A stretch of DNA of 64,000 bases from contig CAVXTP010000001.1 in the NCBI GenBank assembly GCA_963764715.1, positions 11,504 through 75,503 on the forward strand, in the 5' to 3' direction. Made by a program: the position numbers and the translations under genes. This DNA is from an uncultured Acidobacteriota bacterium. Its GTDB lineage: Bacteria; Acidobacteriota; Thermoanaerobaculia; UBA5066; Gp7-AA6. How positions within the stretch are numbered: the first letter of the stretch is position 1; each line of letters begins with the position of its first letter. The notes under the pieces were generated by a model, which ran no database searches, was not told the DNA's origin, and was given only the letters and a program-made list of their open reading frames with translations. Of this stretch, positions 48,199 through 57,720 are shown piece by piece.

Positions 48199-49476
48199 CT
48201 ACTCGTACCGCAGCGCTTCGATCGGGTCGAGCCGCGAGGCCTTCACGGCCGGGTAGAGCCCGAAGAAGATGCCGACCGACATCGACACGAGGAGGCCAAC
48301 GAGGATCGCCCAGAAGGGCGTCTCCGCCGGAAGGGCCGCGAAGGCCGCCTTGATCCCTGCCGGGACGGCGACCCCGACGACGACCCCGATGACGCCGCCG
48401 AGCAGCGACAGCGTCGTGGCCTCGGTCAGGAACTGGAGGACGATGTCGCGGCGGAAAGCGCCGACGGCCTTGCGCACGCCGATCTCCCGCGTCCGCTCCG
48501 TCACCGACACGAGCATGATGTTCATCACGCCGACGCCGCCGATCAGAAGCGAGATGAAGGCGATGAAGATCATCGCGCCCGTGACGCCGTTGGTGATGCC
48601 GCGGAACGACTCGATCATCTTGTCGGGCGTCAGGATGTAGAAGTCGTCCTCGGCGTTGAACGGAACGGCCCGGCGCGCGCGCAGCAGGGCCCGCCCCTTC
48701 TCGATCACGGCGTCGACCTGGTCCGGCCGGTACGGCACCGTCGCGATGTGGATCGTGTCGCCCCGGCTGTTCTTGATCTGCGGGAACTGGTGGTCGAAGG
48801 TCGAGAAGGGAATGAAGAACCAGTGGTTGCTCGAGCCTCCACCGAAGTCGCCCTTCTCTTCCATGATGCCGACGACGGTGTACTTCCAGCCGTTCAGCTC
48901 GACGGTCTTGTTGAGCGGGCTCTCGTTGGGAAAGAGCGCCTTCTGGACGTCGGTGCCGATGACGCAGACCTCGGACGAGTGCGCGATGTCCGTCTCCGTG
49001 AAGAAGCGGCCGTGCTCGACGAAATGGTTGTTCGCGAGCGTGTAGTCGGGATAGACGCCCGCGACGGTCGGCGAGGTCGACTCGTTGCCGCGGTACTTGA
49101 CCGTGACGTTGGTGCCGTCGAACAGGTAGCGCTCGGGCGACACGCCGCGGATCTCCGGGATCTGGGCCTTGAGCGCGAGCGCGTCCTCGAGCGTCAGGTC
49201 CTTGCGGTTGCGCTCCGTGTCGGAGCGGTGGCCGGGCCCGAAGCGCATCGAGAACTTCTGGAACTGCACCAGGGTCGCGCCGAAGCTCTGGAACTGGCGC
49301 GCCATGCTGTTGTTGAAGCCGTTGACGATCGACACCATCGCGATGACCGTCGAGACGCCCACGACGATGCCGAGCACCGTCAGCGAGGCCCGCAGCTTGT
49401 GCGCGCGGACCGCGAGCATCGCGAACCGCATGTTCTCGCCGAAACCGCGGCGCAGGTGGGAGATCAGGGAGGACAT
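48199..49476 (-). CDS. FtsX/MacB-type ABC transporter permease (no ATPase domain)
   Basis: N-terminal TM, large periplasmic domain, and a C-terminal 3-TM FtsX domain. Confidence 0.75.
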   Translation of the reverse strand: MSSLISHLRRGFGENMRFAMLAVRAHKLRASLTVLGIVVGVSTVIAMVSIVNGFNNSMARQFQSFGATLVQFQKFSMRFGPGHRSDTERNRKDLTLEDALALKAQIPEIRGVSPERYLFDGTNVTVKYRGNESTSPTVAGVYPDYTLANNHFVEHGRFFTETDIAHSSEVCVIGTDVQKALFPNESPLNKTVELNGWKYTVVGIMEEKGDFGGGSSNHWFFIPFSTFDHQFPQIKNSRGDTIHIATVPYRPDQVDAVIEKGRALLRARRAVPFNAEDDFYILTPDKMIESFRGITNGVTGAMIFIAFISLLIGGVGVMNIMLVSVTERTREIGVRKAVGAFRRDIVLQFLTEATTLSLLGGVIGVVVGVAVPAGIKAAFAALPAETPFWAILVGLLVSMSVGIFFGLYPAVKASRLDPIEALRYE

Positions 49477-49495
49477 GGCGACTAGCCCCCGGTCC

Positions 49496-50710
49496 TTACT
49501 CGTATCTCAGCGCTTCGACCGGCGGCAGCTTGCTCGCCTGCGACGACGGGATCCAGCCCGCCAGGATGCCGGTCACGGTGGCGACGCCGACGCCGAGCAG
49601 GATGAACGAGAGTCGGACCTGCGCCGGGAACACCTGCTTGACCGCGAGCGCGATGAGGGTGCCGAGGATCACGCCGATGACGCCGCCGATCGAGGACAGC
49701 AGGGCCGCCTCGAGAAGGAACTGCCGGCGGATGTCCCGGCGCCGCGCGCCGAGAGCCCGCCGCACGCCGATCTCCTTGGTCCGCTCGACGACCGACACGA
49801 ACATGATGTTCGCGACCACGATCGCGCCGACGACGAGCGAGATGCCCGAGATCAGGACCATCAGCAGGAACATCCCCGCCGAGATGCCGCGCCACAGGGT
49901 CTGGAGCAGCTCCGCCGTGACGAGGCCGAACGGATCGTCCTTCTCGAAGCCCGTCTTCCGGAGCGCCCGGAGGATCGTCCGGACCTCGTCGGTCGCGGCC
50001 GTCACGCCCTCGACGCCGCCTTTCGGCTTCAAGAAGATGCCGATGTCCTCGCTCGGCGCGATGTGCTTGTGGAAGAGCGTCAGCGGGATGTAGATCACGT
50101 TGTCCTGGCTCTGGCCCAGGACCGAGCCCTGCTTGGCGAGCGTCCCGATGACCTTGACCGGATAGCCGTCGATCTTCATCACGCGGCCGATCGGATCGAT
50201 ATTCGGGAAGAGCTCGTCCTGCACGTCCCAGCCGATGACGGCGACGGGGAACGACTGGTTGTACTCGGTCTCGGTGAAGTAGCGCCCGTTGACGATGTCG
50301 AACTTCATGGCCTCGCCCATGTTCGGCGTGTGGCCCTGGATCTCGACCTGCGGGAGCTTGCGGTCCTCGTACTTGACGGGACGGTTGCGGTCGCCGCGCG
50401 CGCCGATCGACGCACAGAGCTTGCACTCGCGGCGCACGACCTCCATGTCCGTCAGCGTGAGGTCCTTGCGCTTGCGGGCCATCAGCCACTCTTCGCGGCT
50501 CGTGATGATCCCGTACTTCGTGAAGATGACGATGTCGGGATTGAGGCCGATCACCTTGTCCTTGACGTAGGCGTTCAACCCCGAGATGACCGAGACGACG
50601 CCGACGACGGTGGCCACGCCGATGATGACGCCGAGCAGCGTCAGGAACGCGCGGAGCTTGTGCCGCGTGAGCGCCGACCCCGAGACGCGGAAGAGCTCGG
50701 CGGTGGTCAT
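49496..50710 (-). CDS. FtsX/MacB-type ABC transporter permease (no ATPase domain)
   Basis: Same architecture as above. A more distant paralog. Confidence 0.75.
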   Translation of the reverse strand: MTTAELFRVSGSALTRHKLRAFLTLLGVIIGVATVVGVVSVISGLNAYVKDKVIGLNPDIVIFTKYGIITSREEWLMARKRKDLTLTDMEVVRRECKLCASIGARGDRNRPVKYEDRKLPQVEIQGHTPNMGEAMKFDIVNGRYFTETEYNQSFPVAVIGWDVQDELFPNIDPIGRVMKIDGYPVKVIGTLAKQGSVLGQSQDNVIYIPLTLFHKHIAPSEDIGIFLKPKGGVEGVTAATDEVRTILRALRKTGFEKDDPFGLVTAELLQTLWRGISAGMFLLMVLISGISLVVGAIVVANIMFVSVVERTKEIGVRRALGARRRDIRRQFLLEAALLSSIGGVIGVILGTLIALAVKQVFPAQVRLSFILLGVGVATVTGILAGWIPSSQASKLPPVEALRYE

Positions 50711-50712
50711 CG

Positions 50713-51978
50713 CTAGCCCTTCTTCGGCCCGTCCTTGCCCGGCCCGCTCTCCTTCTCGATGATGACCCGGTCGCCTTCCTTGATCTGCCGCAGCACCTTG
50801 AAGGGCCCCGTGACGATCTCCTGCCCCACGGCCGGTCCCTGCTTGACCTCGATCATGAGCTCGCCGGCGATGCCCGGCACGACCTTCGTGAAGGCGAGCT
50901 TGCCGTCCTTGATGGTGTACACGCCCTCCTCGGTCTCGGGGCGGCCGGTCGACGGCGCCTTGCCCTTCTTGTCGACGTCGCGGACGATGAGCGCCTGGAT
51001 CGGGATCGTCGTCGCGCCGTCGCGGCGGCCGGTGACGATGTCGGCCGTCACCGAGAAGCCGGGGCGGATCGTGTCCGGCGGGTTGTCGATCTTGATCTTG
51101 ACCTTGAAGTTGATCGCCTCCGAGTTGGCGGTCAGCGCGAGCAGGTCCGGGTCGTTCTTGGGGATCGGCGAGGAGCCGACCTCGGTGACGGTGCCGATGA
51201 ACTTGGTGTTCGGGTAGGCGTCGATCGAGAGGGTGGCCTTCTGCCCGACCTTGACCTGCGGCACGGAGGTCTCATCGACCATCATGACCGCCTCGACCGT
51301 CGCCATGTCGGAAATCGTCATGAGCTGCGTGCCGGCGTTGTTCATCGTGCCGATGACCGTGACCTCGCCCTCCTTGATCGGAAGCGCGGTCACGACGCCT
51401 TCGAGGGGAGCCGTCACCGTCGTCTTCGACAGCGAGTCGCGACTCGCCGCGAGGCTCGCCGAGGTGGAGCGCATGCGCTGCTCGGTCGCCGCGAGGTTCG
51501 CCTCCGCCGTGTCGAGGTTCGACTTGGCCTTCTGGAGGTCGGCCTCGGCGAGGATGTTCCCCTTGAAGTTCGCGGCGGCGCGCTCGTAGTCGAACTTCGC
51601 CTGCGCGGCGGTCGCCCTGGCCGCGTCGAGGTCGTGGCGCATCGCCTCGAGATTCGACTCCGCTCCCTGGGCCTGGGCGGCGAGCTGCGCGCGGTCGATC
51701 TGGAGAAGGAGCTGGCCCTTCTTGACGTGGTCGCCTTCCTTGACCGCCAGGTTCACGATCTGTCCCATGACGAGGGCGGACATGTCGACCTTGCGCTGGG
51801 CCTGGATCTTGCCGTTGGCGGTGACCTTCGAGACGAGGTCGAGCTTCTCGACCTTGGCGGTCGTCACGCGGGGCACGTCCTTGTCCCGCCCGCGGATGAA
51901 GGCGGTCAGGGCGCCGATGACGGCGACCCCCAGGATGGCCCCCCCGATGATCTTGGTCCTCTTCGACATGGCCCTCAA
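50713..51978 (-). CDS. efflux periplasmic adaptor (membrane fusion protein, MacA/HlyD family)
   Basis: N-terminal TM, coiled-coil hairpin, beta-barrel and lipoyl-like regions. Confidence 0.75.
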   Translation of the reverse strand: MRAMSKRTKIIGGAILGVAVIGALTAFIRGRDKDVPRVTTAKVEKLDLVSKVTANGKIQAQRKVDMSALVMGQIVNLAVKEGDHVKKGQLLLQIDRAQLAAQAQGAESNLEAMRHDLDAARATAAQAKFDYERAAANFKGNILAEADLQKAKSNLDTAEANLAATEQRMRSTSASLAASRDSLSKTTVTAPLEGVVTALPIKEGEVTVIGTMNNAGTQLMTISDMATVEAVMMVDETSVPQVKVGQKATLSIDAYPNTKFIGTVTEVGSSPIPKNDPDLLALTANSEAINFKVKIKIDNPPDTIRPGFSVTADIVTGRRDGATTIPIQALIVRDVDKKGKAPSTGRPETEEGVYTIKDGKLAFTKVVPGIAGELMIEVKQGPAVGQEIVTGPFKVLRQIKEGDRVIIEKESGPGKDGPKKG

Positions 51979-52096
51979 TCCTCCGGTCTAACGCGGTTTT
52001 CCTGCGTATTCCTTTCTACGGAACGGCCCTCGGAAAGTTCAATTCCCCGGAGCCCATTGAAAAGACTGGGGCTTTTCGCTAGCCTTCCGCTCCCCT

Positions 52097-52173
52097 GCGC
52101 CCATAGCTCAATTGGATAGAGCGTCTGACTACGGATCAGGAGGTTGGGGGTTCGACTCCCTCTGGGCGCACCA
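52097..52173 (+). tRNA. tRNA-Arg (anticodon ACG)
   Basis: Manual cloverleaf with acceptor GCGCCCA/TGGGCGC. Anticodon loop CTACGGA. Confidence 0.85.
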
Positions 52174-52199
52174 CTTCCGACTGGGGTAGCCTCCCCGCG

Positions 52200-52658
52200 G
52201 TGTCTTTCACGGACCAGGACCGCCGTTTCATGGCCGAGGCCCTCGCCTTCGCGCGCATCGCCTATGCCGAGCAGGAGGTCCCCATCGGGGCGGTCGTCGT
52301 TCGGGACGGACGGATGATCGGCCGGGGGCGCAACCGCCGGGAACGGCTCGCCGACCCCACCCACCACGCCGAGATCGAGGCCATCCGGGAGGCCGCCCGC
52401 GAGGTCGGTCACTGGCGCCTCGAGGACTGCACCCTCTATGCCACGGTGGAGCCCTGCGCGATGTGCGCCGGCGCCGCGGTCAACGCCCGGATCCGACGGA
52501 TCGTCTTCGGCTGCACGGACCCCAAGGCCGGCTATTGCGGCACCCTCGGAAACATCCCGGGGGACGCGCGGCTGAACCACCGGCCCCAGGTCGAAGGGGG
52601 CCTTCTGGCCGACGAGTCGGCCGAGATGCTCCGCCAGTTCTTCCAGGCGAAACGCTGA
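52200..52658 (+). CDS. tadA: tRNA adenosine(34) deaminase
   Basis: HAE and PCxMC zinc motifs. Adjacent to tRNA-Arg(ACG), its substrate. Confidence 0.8.
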   Translation: MSFTDQDRRFMAEALAFARIAYAEQEVPIGAVVVRDGRMIGRGRNRRERLADPTHHAEIEAIREAAREVGHWRLEDCTLYATVEPCAMCAGAAVNARIRRIVFGCTDPKAGYCGTLGNIPGDARLNHRPQVEGGLLADESAEMLRQFFQAKR

Positions 52659-52682
52659 CGGGGTCAGGTCTTCATTTTTCGG
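52659..52682. repeat. single arm of the GGGGTCAGGTCTTCATTTTTCGG repeat family
   Basis: Exact 23-mer found immediately after the tadA stop, between convergent genes. Confidence 0.7.
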
Positions 52683-52704
52683 TTCGAGGCCCGACCCGGT
52701 TCCG

Positions 52705-53091
52705 TCAGGCCACCTGGTAGATCTGGATCAGGTTGCCGCAGGTATCGGCGAAGACCGCCATCGTGACCGGCCCGGCCGGAGTCGGCTCCATGGTGAACGC
52801 CACGCCCTTCGCCTTGAGCTTCGCGCACTCGCCGCGGATGTCGGACGACTCGAACGCCGCGATCGGGATCCCCTGCGCGAACATCGCCTCCTGGAACTTC
52901 TTCGCCGCGGGGTTCGCATTGGGCTCCAGCGCGAGCTGCACGTCGTCGCCCGCCTCCGGCGACACGACCGTGATCCAGCGGTACTCCCCGACGGGAAAGT
53001 CGAGCTTCGTCCTGAAGCCCAGGACCTCCGTGTAGAACTTCTGCGCCCGGGCCTGGTCCTCGACCATGACGCTCGTGAGCTTGATCTTCAT
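52705..53091 (-). CDS. VOC/glyoxalase-family protein
   Basis: 128 aa with the glyoxalase/bleomycin-resistance fold pattern. Confidence 0.6.
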   Translation of the reverse strand: MKIKLTSVMVEDQARAQKFYTEVLGFRTKLDFPVGEYRWITVVSPEAGDDVQLALEPNANPAAKKFQEAMFAQGIPIAAFESSDIRGECAKLKAKGVAFTMEPTPAGPVTMAVFADTCGNLIQIYQVA

Positions 53092-53144
53092 TGCGTCGCT
53101 CCTTTCTCTGACGGCCGGGCGGAAGTCTGCCCGAGCGCCGGGAG

Positions 53145-53588
53145 TCAGGCTTCTCGAAAACTGCGAAACGCCGACGGCGGCAGGCGGCCCATGAGCGAAA
53201 GGCAGCCCGGGAAGAGCTCCCGCGGCAGCCCGCCCGGCACCCGGACCATCGACCGAGCGCGGCGGCGGAACCCCGACGGCGTCTCCCCGACGCGGCGCGT
53301 GAAGACATCACTGAAGCTGCCGAGGCTCGAGAAGCCGACCTCCATGCAGACCTCGGTGACGGAAAGCTCGCCTTTTGCCAGGAGCCGCCGGGCGCGGTCG
53401 AGCCGCGCCTCGATCCGGTACTGGTGCGGCGTCGCGCCGAAGACCGCATCGAATCGCCGGATGAAGTGGAATGGCGAGATACCCGCAAGCCTCGCCGCTT
53501 CCTCGACCGAAAGCGGCCGTTCCGTGACGCTCCGGAGCGCCCGGCGAGCACGGCAGAGTCCGGAAAAGAGGCTCGGCCCGACCAGCAT
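53145..53588 (-). CDS. AraC-family transcriptional regulator (HTH only)
   Basis: Dual helix-turn-helix AraC signature (LSVEEAARLAGISPFHF, VTEVCMEVGFSSLGSFS). Confidence 0.6.
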   Translation of the reverse strand: MLVGPSLFSGLCRARRALRSVTERPLSVEEAARLAGISPFHFIRRFDAVFGATPHQYRIEARLDRARRLLAKGELSVTEVCMEVGFSSLGSFSDVFTRRVGETPSGFRRRARSMVRVPGGLPRELFPGCLSLMGRLPPSAFRSFREA

Positions 53589-53654
53589 TCGAGCCCCAGT
53601 CTACGACTGACAGCGCCCCAAAAATCCGCTAGGATGCGCCCCTTCCACCCGCGC

Positions 53655-53744
53655 GGAGAGGTGCTGGAGTGGTTGATCAGGCCGGTCTCGAAAACCGGTA
53701 GGCCCGAAAGGGTCTCGTGGGTTCAAATCCCACCCTCTCCGCCA
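53655..53744 (+). tRNA. tRNA-Ser (anticodon CGA)
   Basis: Manual cloverleaf: acceptor GGAGAGG/CCTCTCC, anticodon loop CTCGAAA, long variable arm, CCA encoded. Confidence 0.85.
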
Positions 53745-54084
53745 CTACTACTGCCTCGCGACAGTCGTGGGTTCACCCGACCACCAGCGGCAGACCCCCG
53801 GCAGTAGGGAGCCGTCCACCAGAGATCGACCCCCGATCTTAGGCAACGCTGGCCGAAGGCCAGCGGTAACCCACGCTGCGCGAAGCGCAGCGGTAAATCC
53901 CACCCTCTCCGCCACTAATGTTGCCTCGAGACAGTCGTGGGTTCGCCCGACCACCAGAGGCAGACCCCCGGCAGCAGGGAGCCGTCCACCAGAGATCGAC
54001 CCCCGATCTTAGGCAACGCTGGCCGAAGGCCAGCGGTAACCCACGCTGCGCGAAGCGCAGCGGTAAATCCCACCCTCTCCGCCA
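53745..54084 (+). repeat. two tandem ~170 nt units, each a tRNA-Ser 3' fragment (T-arm to CCA) whose T-loop is interrupted by a ~135 nt insert beginning CCGACCACCAG(C/A)GGCAGACCCCCGGCAG
   Basis: Units at 53745-53913 and 53914-54084. Each ends with AAATCCCACCCTCTCCGCCA, identical to the 3' end of tRNA-Ser. Confidence 0.75.
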
Positions 54085-54120
54085 TTATTGCTCCTCGAGA
54101 GAGTCGTGGGGTCGGCGCCC

Positions 54121-54423
54121 TCACCGGATCGGATCGATCGGCGTGCGCCTGGGCTCCTTGCCGAAGCGGATCCGCGACTTCTCGATCATCTTGCGGATCT
54201 CGACATCGCGATCCTTTGGCGGGGCGTTGGTCACCCACCCATGGACCAGTCGCTCGGCCGCCGCGGCGACCTCGTCCACCGCGCGTTGGAACAACGCCTC
54301 ATTGGCGCGCGAGGGCTTGTTGGCCCCGCTCAGCTTGCGGACGAACTGCAGCGACGAGGCCCGGATCTCGGCCGCGGTGGCCGGGGGCGCGAAGTTGGCC
54401 AGGGTACGGATGTTGCGGCACAT
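54121..54423 (-). CDS. DUF2277-family small protein
   Basis: MCRNIRTL...FxPPAT N-terminal signature. Confidence 0.45.
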   Translation of the reverse strand: MCRNIRTLANFAPPATAAEIRASSLQFVRKLSGANKPSRANEALFQRAVDEVAAAAERLVHGWVTNAPPKDRDVEIRKMIEKSRIRFGKEPRRTPIDPIR

Positions 54424-54515
54424 GCGTTCACACTAACCCAGCCCCCCGGCGGACGGGTGGTCTCCGGTTTTTCCTAAACCCCGCCCCAAGGAATCCGTAA
54501 TAATCCGCGAGCCCC

Positions 54516-55442
54516 ATGGAAAACGCGATCGAGCTGGAGCACGTCGCCAAGAGCTTCGGCCGCTTCAAGGCGGTCGACGACCTGTCGCTGAAGGTCCCGA
54601 AGGGCTCGATGTTCGGCCTTCTCGGGCCCAACGGCGCGGGCAAGACGACGACGATCCGGATGACGATGAACATCACGGCGCCCGACTCCGGCGAGATCCG
54701 GATCCTCGGGCACCCGATGGACCGCGCCACGCAGAACCGCATCGGCTACCTTCCCGAGGAGCGCGGGCTCTACCGGAAGATGAAGGTGATCGACCACCTC
54801 TACTTCCTGGCCGCGATCAAGGAGGTCGGCCGCGAGACCGCGAAGGAGCGCATCTCCGGCTGGATCGACAAGATGGAGCTGCGCCCCTGGCTCAACAAGA
54901 AGGTCGACGAGCTCTCCAAGGGCATGCAGCAGAAGGTCCAGTTCATCGCGACGATCGTCCACGATCCGGAGATCCTGATCCTCGACGAGCCGTTCTCGGG
55001 ACTCGACCCGCTGAACGTCGCCCTGATGCGCGACTACTTTCTCGACTTCCGCGCCAAGGGCAAGACGATCATTTTCTGCACGCACGTCCTCGAGCAGGCC
55101 GAGAAGCTCTGCGACGAGATCTGCCTGATGGCCAAGTCGAAGAAGATCCTCGAGGGCAGCCTCAGGGACTTGAAGCGCCGCAACTCGAGCGGGCTCCTGC
55201 GGCTTTCGACCAACGCCAGCCTCGCCGACGTCTCGGCTCTCCCGGGCGTCGACTCCGCGAAAGCCGTCGACGGGTCCTTCGTCATCGCGCTCGCGCCGGG
55301 CGTCGCGCAGAAGGACTTTCTGAAGCGGGCCCTCGACACGTACACGGTCGAGGCCTTCTCGCAGAAGGAGCCCGACCTCGAGGAAATCTACATCGACGCC
55401 GTCCGGAACGCGGGCCTGGAAGAGACCCGCACGATCGAATGA
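54516..55442 (+). CDS. ABC transporter ATP-binding protein (ABC-2 type)
   Basis: Walker A GPNGAGKTT, LSKGMQQK signature, Walker B ILILDEP. Confidence 0.8.
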   Translation: MENAIELEHVAKSFGRFKAVDDLSLKVPKGSMFGLLGPNGAGKTTTIRMTMNITAPDSGEIRILGHPMDRATQNRIGYLPEERGLYRKMKVIDHLYFLAAIKEVGRETAKERISGWIDKMELRPWLNKKVDELSKGMQQKVQFIATIVHDPEILILDEPFSGLDPLNVALMRDYFLDFRAKGKTIIFCTHVLEQAEKLCDEICLMAKSKKILEGSLRDLKRRNSSGLLRLSTNASLADVSALPGVDSAKAVDGSFVIALAPGVAQKDFLKRALDTYTVEAFSQKEPDLEEIYIDAVRNAGLEETRTIE

Positions 55443-55449
55443 GGCCCGC

Positions 55450-56775
55450 ATGAACTGGAAGAAGACCTTCGCGATCGTCCGGCGGGAGTACATCGAGCGC
55501 GTCCGCACGAAGTCGTTCTGGGTGGCGACGCTCCTCATCCCGTTCCTGTTCCTCGCCTACATCGCCTTCCAGATCTCCTCGTCCCGCAAGACCGGCGGCG
55601 AGCGGACGATCGTGGTCGTCGACCAGACCGGCACGCTGTACGCCCCGCTCGAGAAGGAGCTCGCGGCGACCGAGTCCGAGCAGAAGGCGAAGGGATCCGG
55701 GAACAAGGGGCCGCACTGGAACCTGAAGCTCGCTCCGGCCGGCGGAGATCTCGCGGCGACGAAGGAGGCCCTTCGCAAGCAGGTCCTCGCCAAGGACATC
55801 AGCGGCTACCTCGTCCTCGAGCCGCAGAAGATCAAGAACGACGAGGTCGAGTACTACTCGACGACGGTGTCGGACTTCATCGCGCTGAACCAGCTCGAAC
55901 GCTCCCTCAACCGCGTGCGCATGCGGGAGAAGATGCACGACCGCGGACTGCCCACGGACCTCGCCGGCGAGCTCGAGAAGCGGATCGACTTCAAGGCCTT
56001 CAAGGTCACCGAGAAGGGAACCGCCGAGGAAAAGGGCGCCGGCATCATCGCCGCGATCATCTTCATGGTGCTCATGTACACGACCTTCTTCGTGTACGGC
56101 GGCCAGGTCATGCGCGGGGTCATCGAGGAAAAGTCGAGCCGGATCGTCGAGATCATCATCGCCTCCGTGCGGCCGACCGAGCTGATGCTGGGCAAGATCA
56201 TCGGCATCGGCCTCGTCGGCCTGACGCAGTACCTGGTGTGGTCGCTCCTCGCGATGAACCTGTCGCTCCCGGGGATCGCCACCGTTCTGTCGTCGAGCGA
56301 CATGGGCGTGCCCCGGATTCCGGTCGCGATGCTCGGCTACTTCATCCTGTTCTTCGTGCTCGGCTACTTCGTCTACGCCAGCGTCTACACGACGATCGCG
56401 GCGCCGTTCAACAGCGAGCAGGAAGCCACCCAGTTCATGATGATCCCGATCATCCTCATCCTCGCCGGCTTCATGGTTTACCCGGCCGTGATGAACAACC
56501 CCAACGGCAACGTGGCGGTCTTCTTCTCGCTCTTCCCGTTCACGTCCTCGCTCGTTATGTTCCTCCGGACGGCCGTCTCCGAGCCCCCGGCCTGGCAGGT
56601 ACTTCTCTCGATCGCCCTCCTGATCGCCACGACCGTCGGCCTCGCCTGGTTCGCGGGCCGCGTCTACCGCGTCGGCATCCTCATGTACGGCAAGAAGCCC
56701 ACGATCCCCGAGATCCTGCGGTGGGTCAGCTACAAGCCTGGCAAGGCTCCCCAGCCGGCGGCGAAGGCGCCGTAG
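55450..56775 (+). CDS. ABC-2 family transporter permease
   Basis: N-terminal TM, large extracytoplasmic loop, then 5 TM segments. Confidence 0.7.
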   Translation: MNWKKTFAIVRREYIERVRTKSFWVATLLIPFLFLAYIAFQISSSRKTGGERTIVVVDQTGTLYAPLEKELAATESEQKAKGSGNKGPHWNLKLAPAGGDLAATKEALRKQVLAKDISGYLVLEPQKIKNDEVEYYSTTVSDFIALNQLERSLNRVRMREKMHDRGLPTDLAGELEKRIDFKAFKVTEKGTAEEKGAGIIAAIIFMVLMYTTFFVYGGQVMRGVIEEKSSRIVEIIIASVRPTELMLGKIIGIGLVGLTQYLVWSLLAMNLSLPGIATVLSSSDMGVPRIPVAMLGYFILFFVLGYFVYASVYTTIAAPFNSEQEATQFMMIPIILILAGFMVYPAVMNNPNGNVAVFFSLFPFTSSLVMFLRTAVSEPPAWQVLLSIALLIATTVGLAWFAGRVYRVGILMYGKKPTIPEILRWVSYKPGKAPQPAAKAP

Positions 56776-56838
56776 GGCCTGTCCCGGCGGGCGGTTGCCC
56801 CGATCGCGACGGCTGTGCTACCTTTCGCGCCCCCGTTT

Positions 56839-56913
56839 GGCCCATTCGTCTAACGGTTAGGACGCGGCCCTCTCAAGGCCGAAATACGGGTTCGATTCCC
56901 GTATGGGCTACCA
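56839..56913 (+). tRNA. tRNA-Glu (anticodon CTC)
   Basis: Manual cloverleaf: acceptor GGCCCAT/ATGGGCT, D-loop TTCGTCTAACGG, anticodon loop CTCTCAA, T-arm ACGGGTTCGATTCCCGT, CCA encoded. Confidence 0.8.
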
Positions 56914-57083
56914 GCTCCCCGCCGCTTCGTTATTAGCCCGCCGCGTCCTCCGGACGCGACCCTCTCAAGGCGGCTTCCTTTGAGCGCGCCCTTCCGGGCG
57001 CGACACGGGTTCGATTAGCGCCGGGCGGACCCGGCGCTTGTCGCGGCGCTTTCGCGCCGCTCGGTGCCCCGTATGGGCTACCA
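56914..57083 (+). repeat. degenerate tRNA-Glu-derived repeat unit, copy 1; ends with an exact duplicate of the tRNA-Glu 3' end CCCGTATGGGCTACCA
   Basis: Contains GGACGCGACCCTCTCAAGGCGG (tRNA-Glu anticodon-arm-like), then a GC hairpin insert, then ACGGGTTCGATT (the T-arm), then the 3'-end duplicate at 57068-57083. Confidence 0.75.
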
Positions 57084-57182
57084 GATCTCCCCGCGCTGTC
57101 AGCTCCCGCCGACGGGGGTCAACGCTGCTTTCCTGCAGCGTCACGTCGGCACAGGATTGCAGCGTTGACCCTGTTCACCTGT

Positions 57183-57716
57183 TTACCGGTCCTGCTCCTG
57201 CGGGACGCGAACGATGCGCGAGACGTCGTAACCCTGCTCGCCGACCAGCGCGAGGAGGCGCGCGTAGTCGGCCTCTGGAATGCGCGGAGTGCGCGCCATG
57301 ATCCAGACGTGATCGCGCTTGTTGCGGCTGATGATGGTGGTGGAGTAGTCCTCGTCCAGGTACGTGATCAGGTACTCCGCCTCGATCGGCCACACGAACT
57401 GCATGCCCCAGGTGGCGTTGGTGCGCTTGTCGCGCACGTACCCCCTGGGCGTGTAGCGCTTCGGTTTGCCGTCGAAGCCGCCCTTGCGGAAGGTGAAGGT
57501 CGTCTCCACGACGCCGTCCGGGCGCAGGCGGTACGACTCGATGGCGGCGTAGGCGCCCTTCTCGAGCGAGGTCGGGATGCTGGCGATGACGTACCAGTCC
57601 CCCATGAACCTCGCGAGATCCACGTGGTCCACGGTCTTCAGCGGCCGTAGCGCGGAGGTCGAGCATCCCGTCGCGGCGACGAGGAGGCCCGCCAGGAGGA
57701 AGCGGGCGCCGGCCAC
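57183..57716 (-). CDS. blc: bacterial lipocalin (Blc-like) lipoprotein
   Basis: Lipobox LVAATGC. Lipocalin SCR1 motif FMGDWYVIA. Confidence 0.7.
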   Translation of the reverse strand: MAGARFLLAGLLVAATGCSTSALRPLKTVDHVDLARFMGDWYVIASIPTSLEKGAYAAIESYRLRPDGVVETTFTFRKGGFDGKPKRYTPRGYVRDKRTNATWGMQFVWPIEAEYLITYLDEDYSTTIISRNKRDHVWIMARTPRIPEADYARLLALVGEQGYDVSRIVRVPQEQDR

Positions 57717-57720
57717 GATT

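Noticed and set aside
56914-57083. tRNA-Sec (selC) or suppressor tRNA because the repeat loop contains TCA and a long extra hairpin
   Set aside because: Position 33 would not be U with a TCA anticodon. The acceptor and T stems do not give the 8/5 or 9/4 Sec geometry, and the T-arm is incomplete. Better explained as degenerate tRNA-Glu copies with an insertion.
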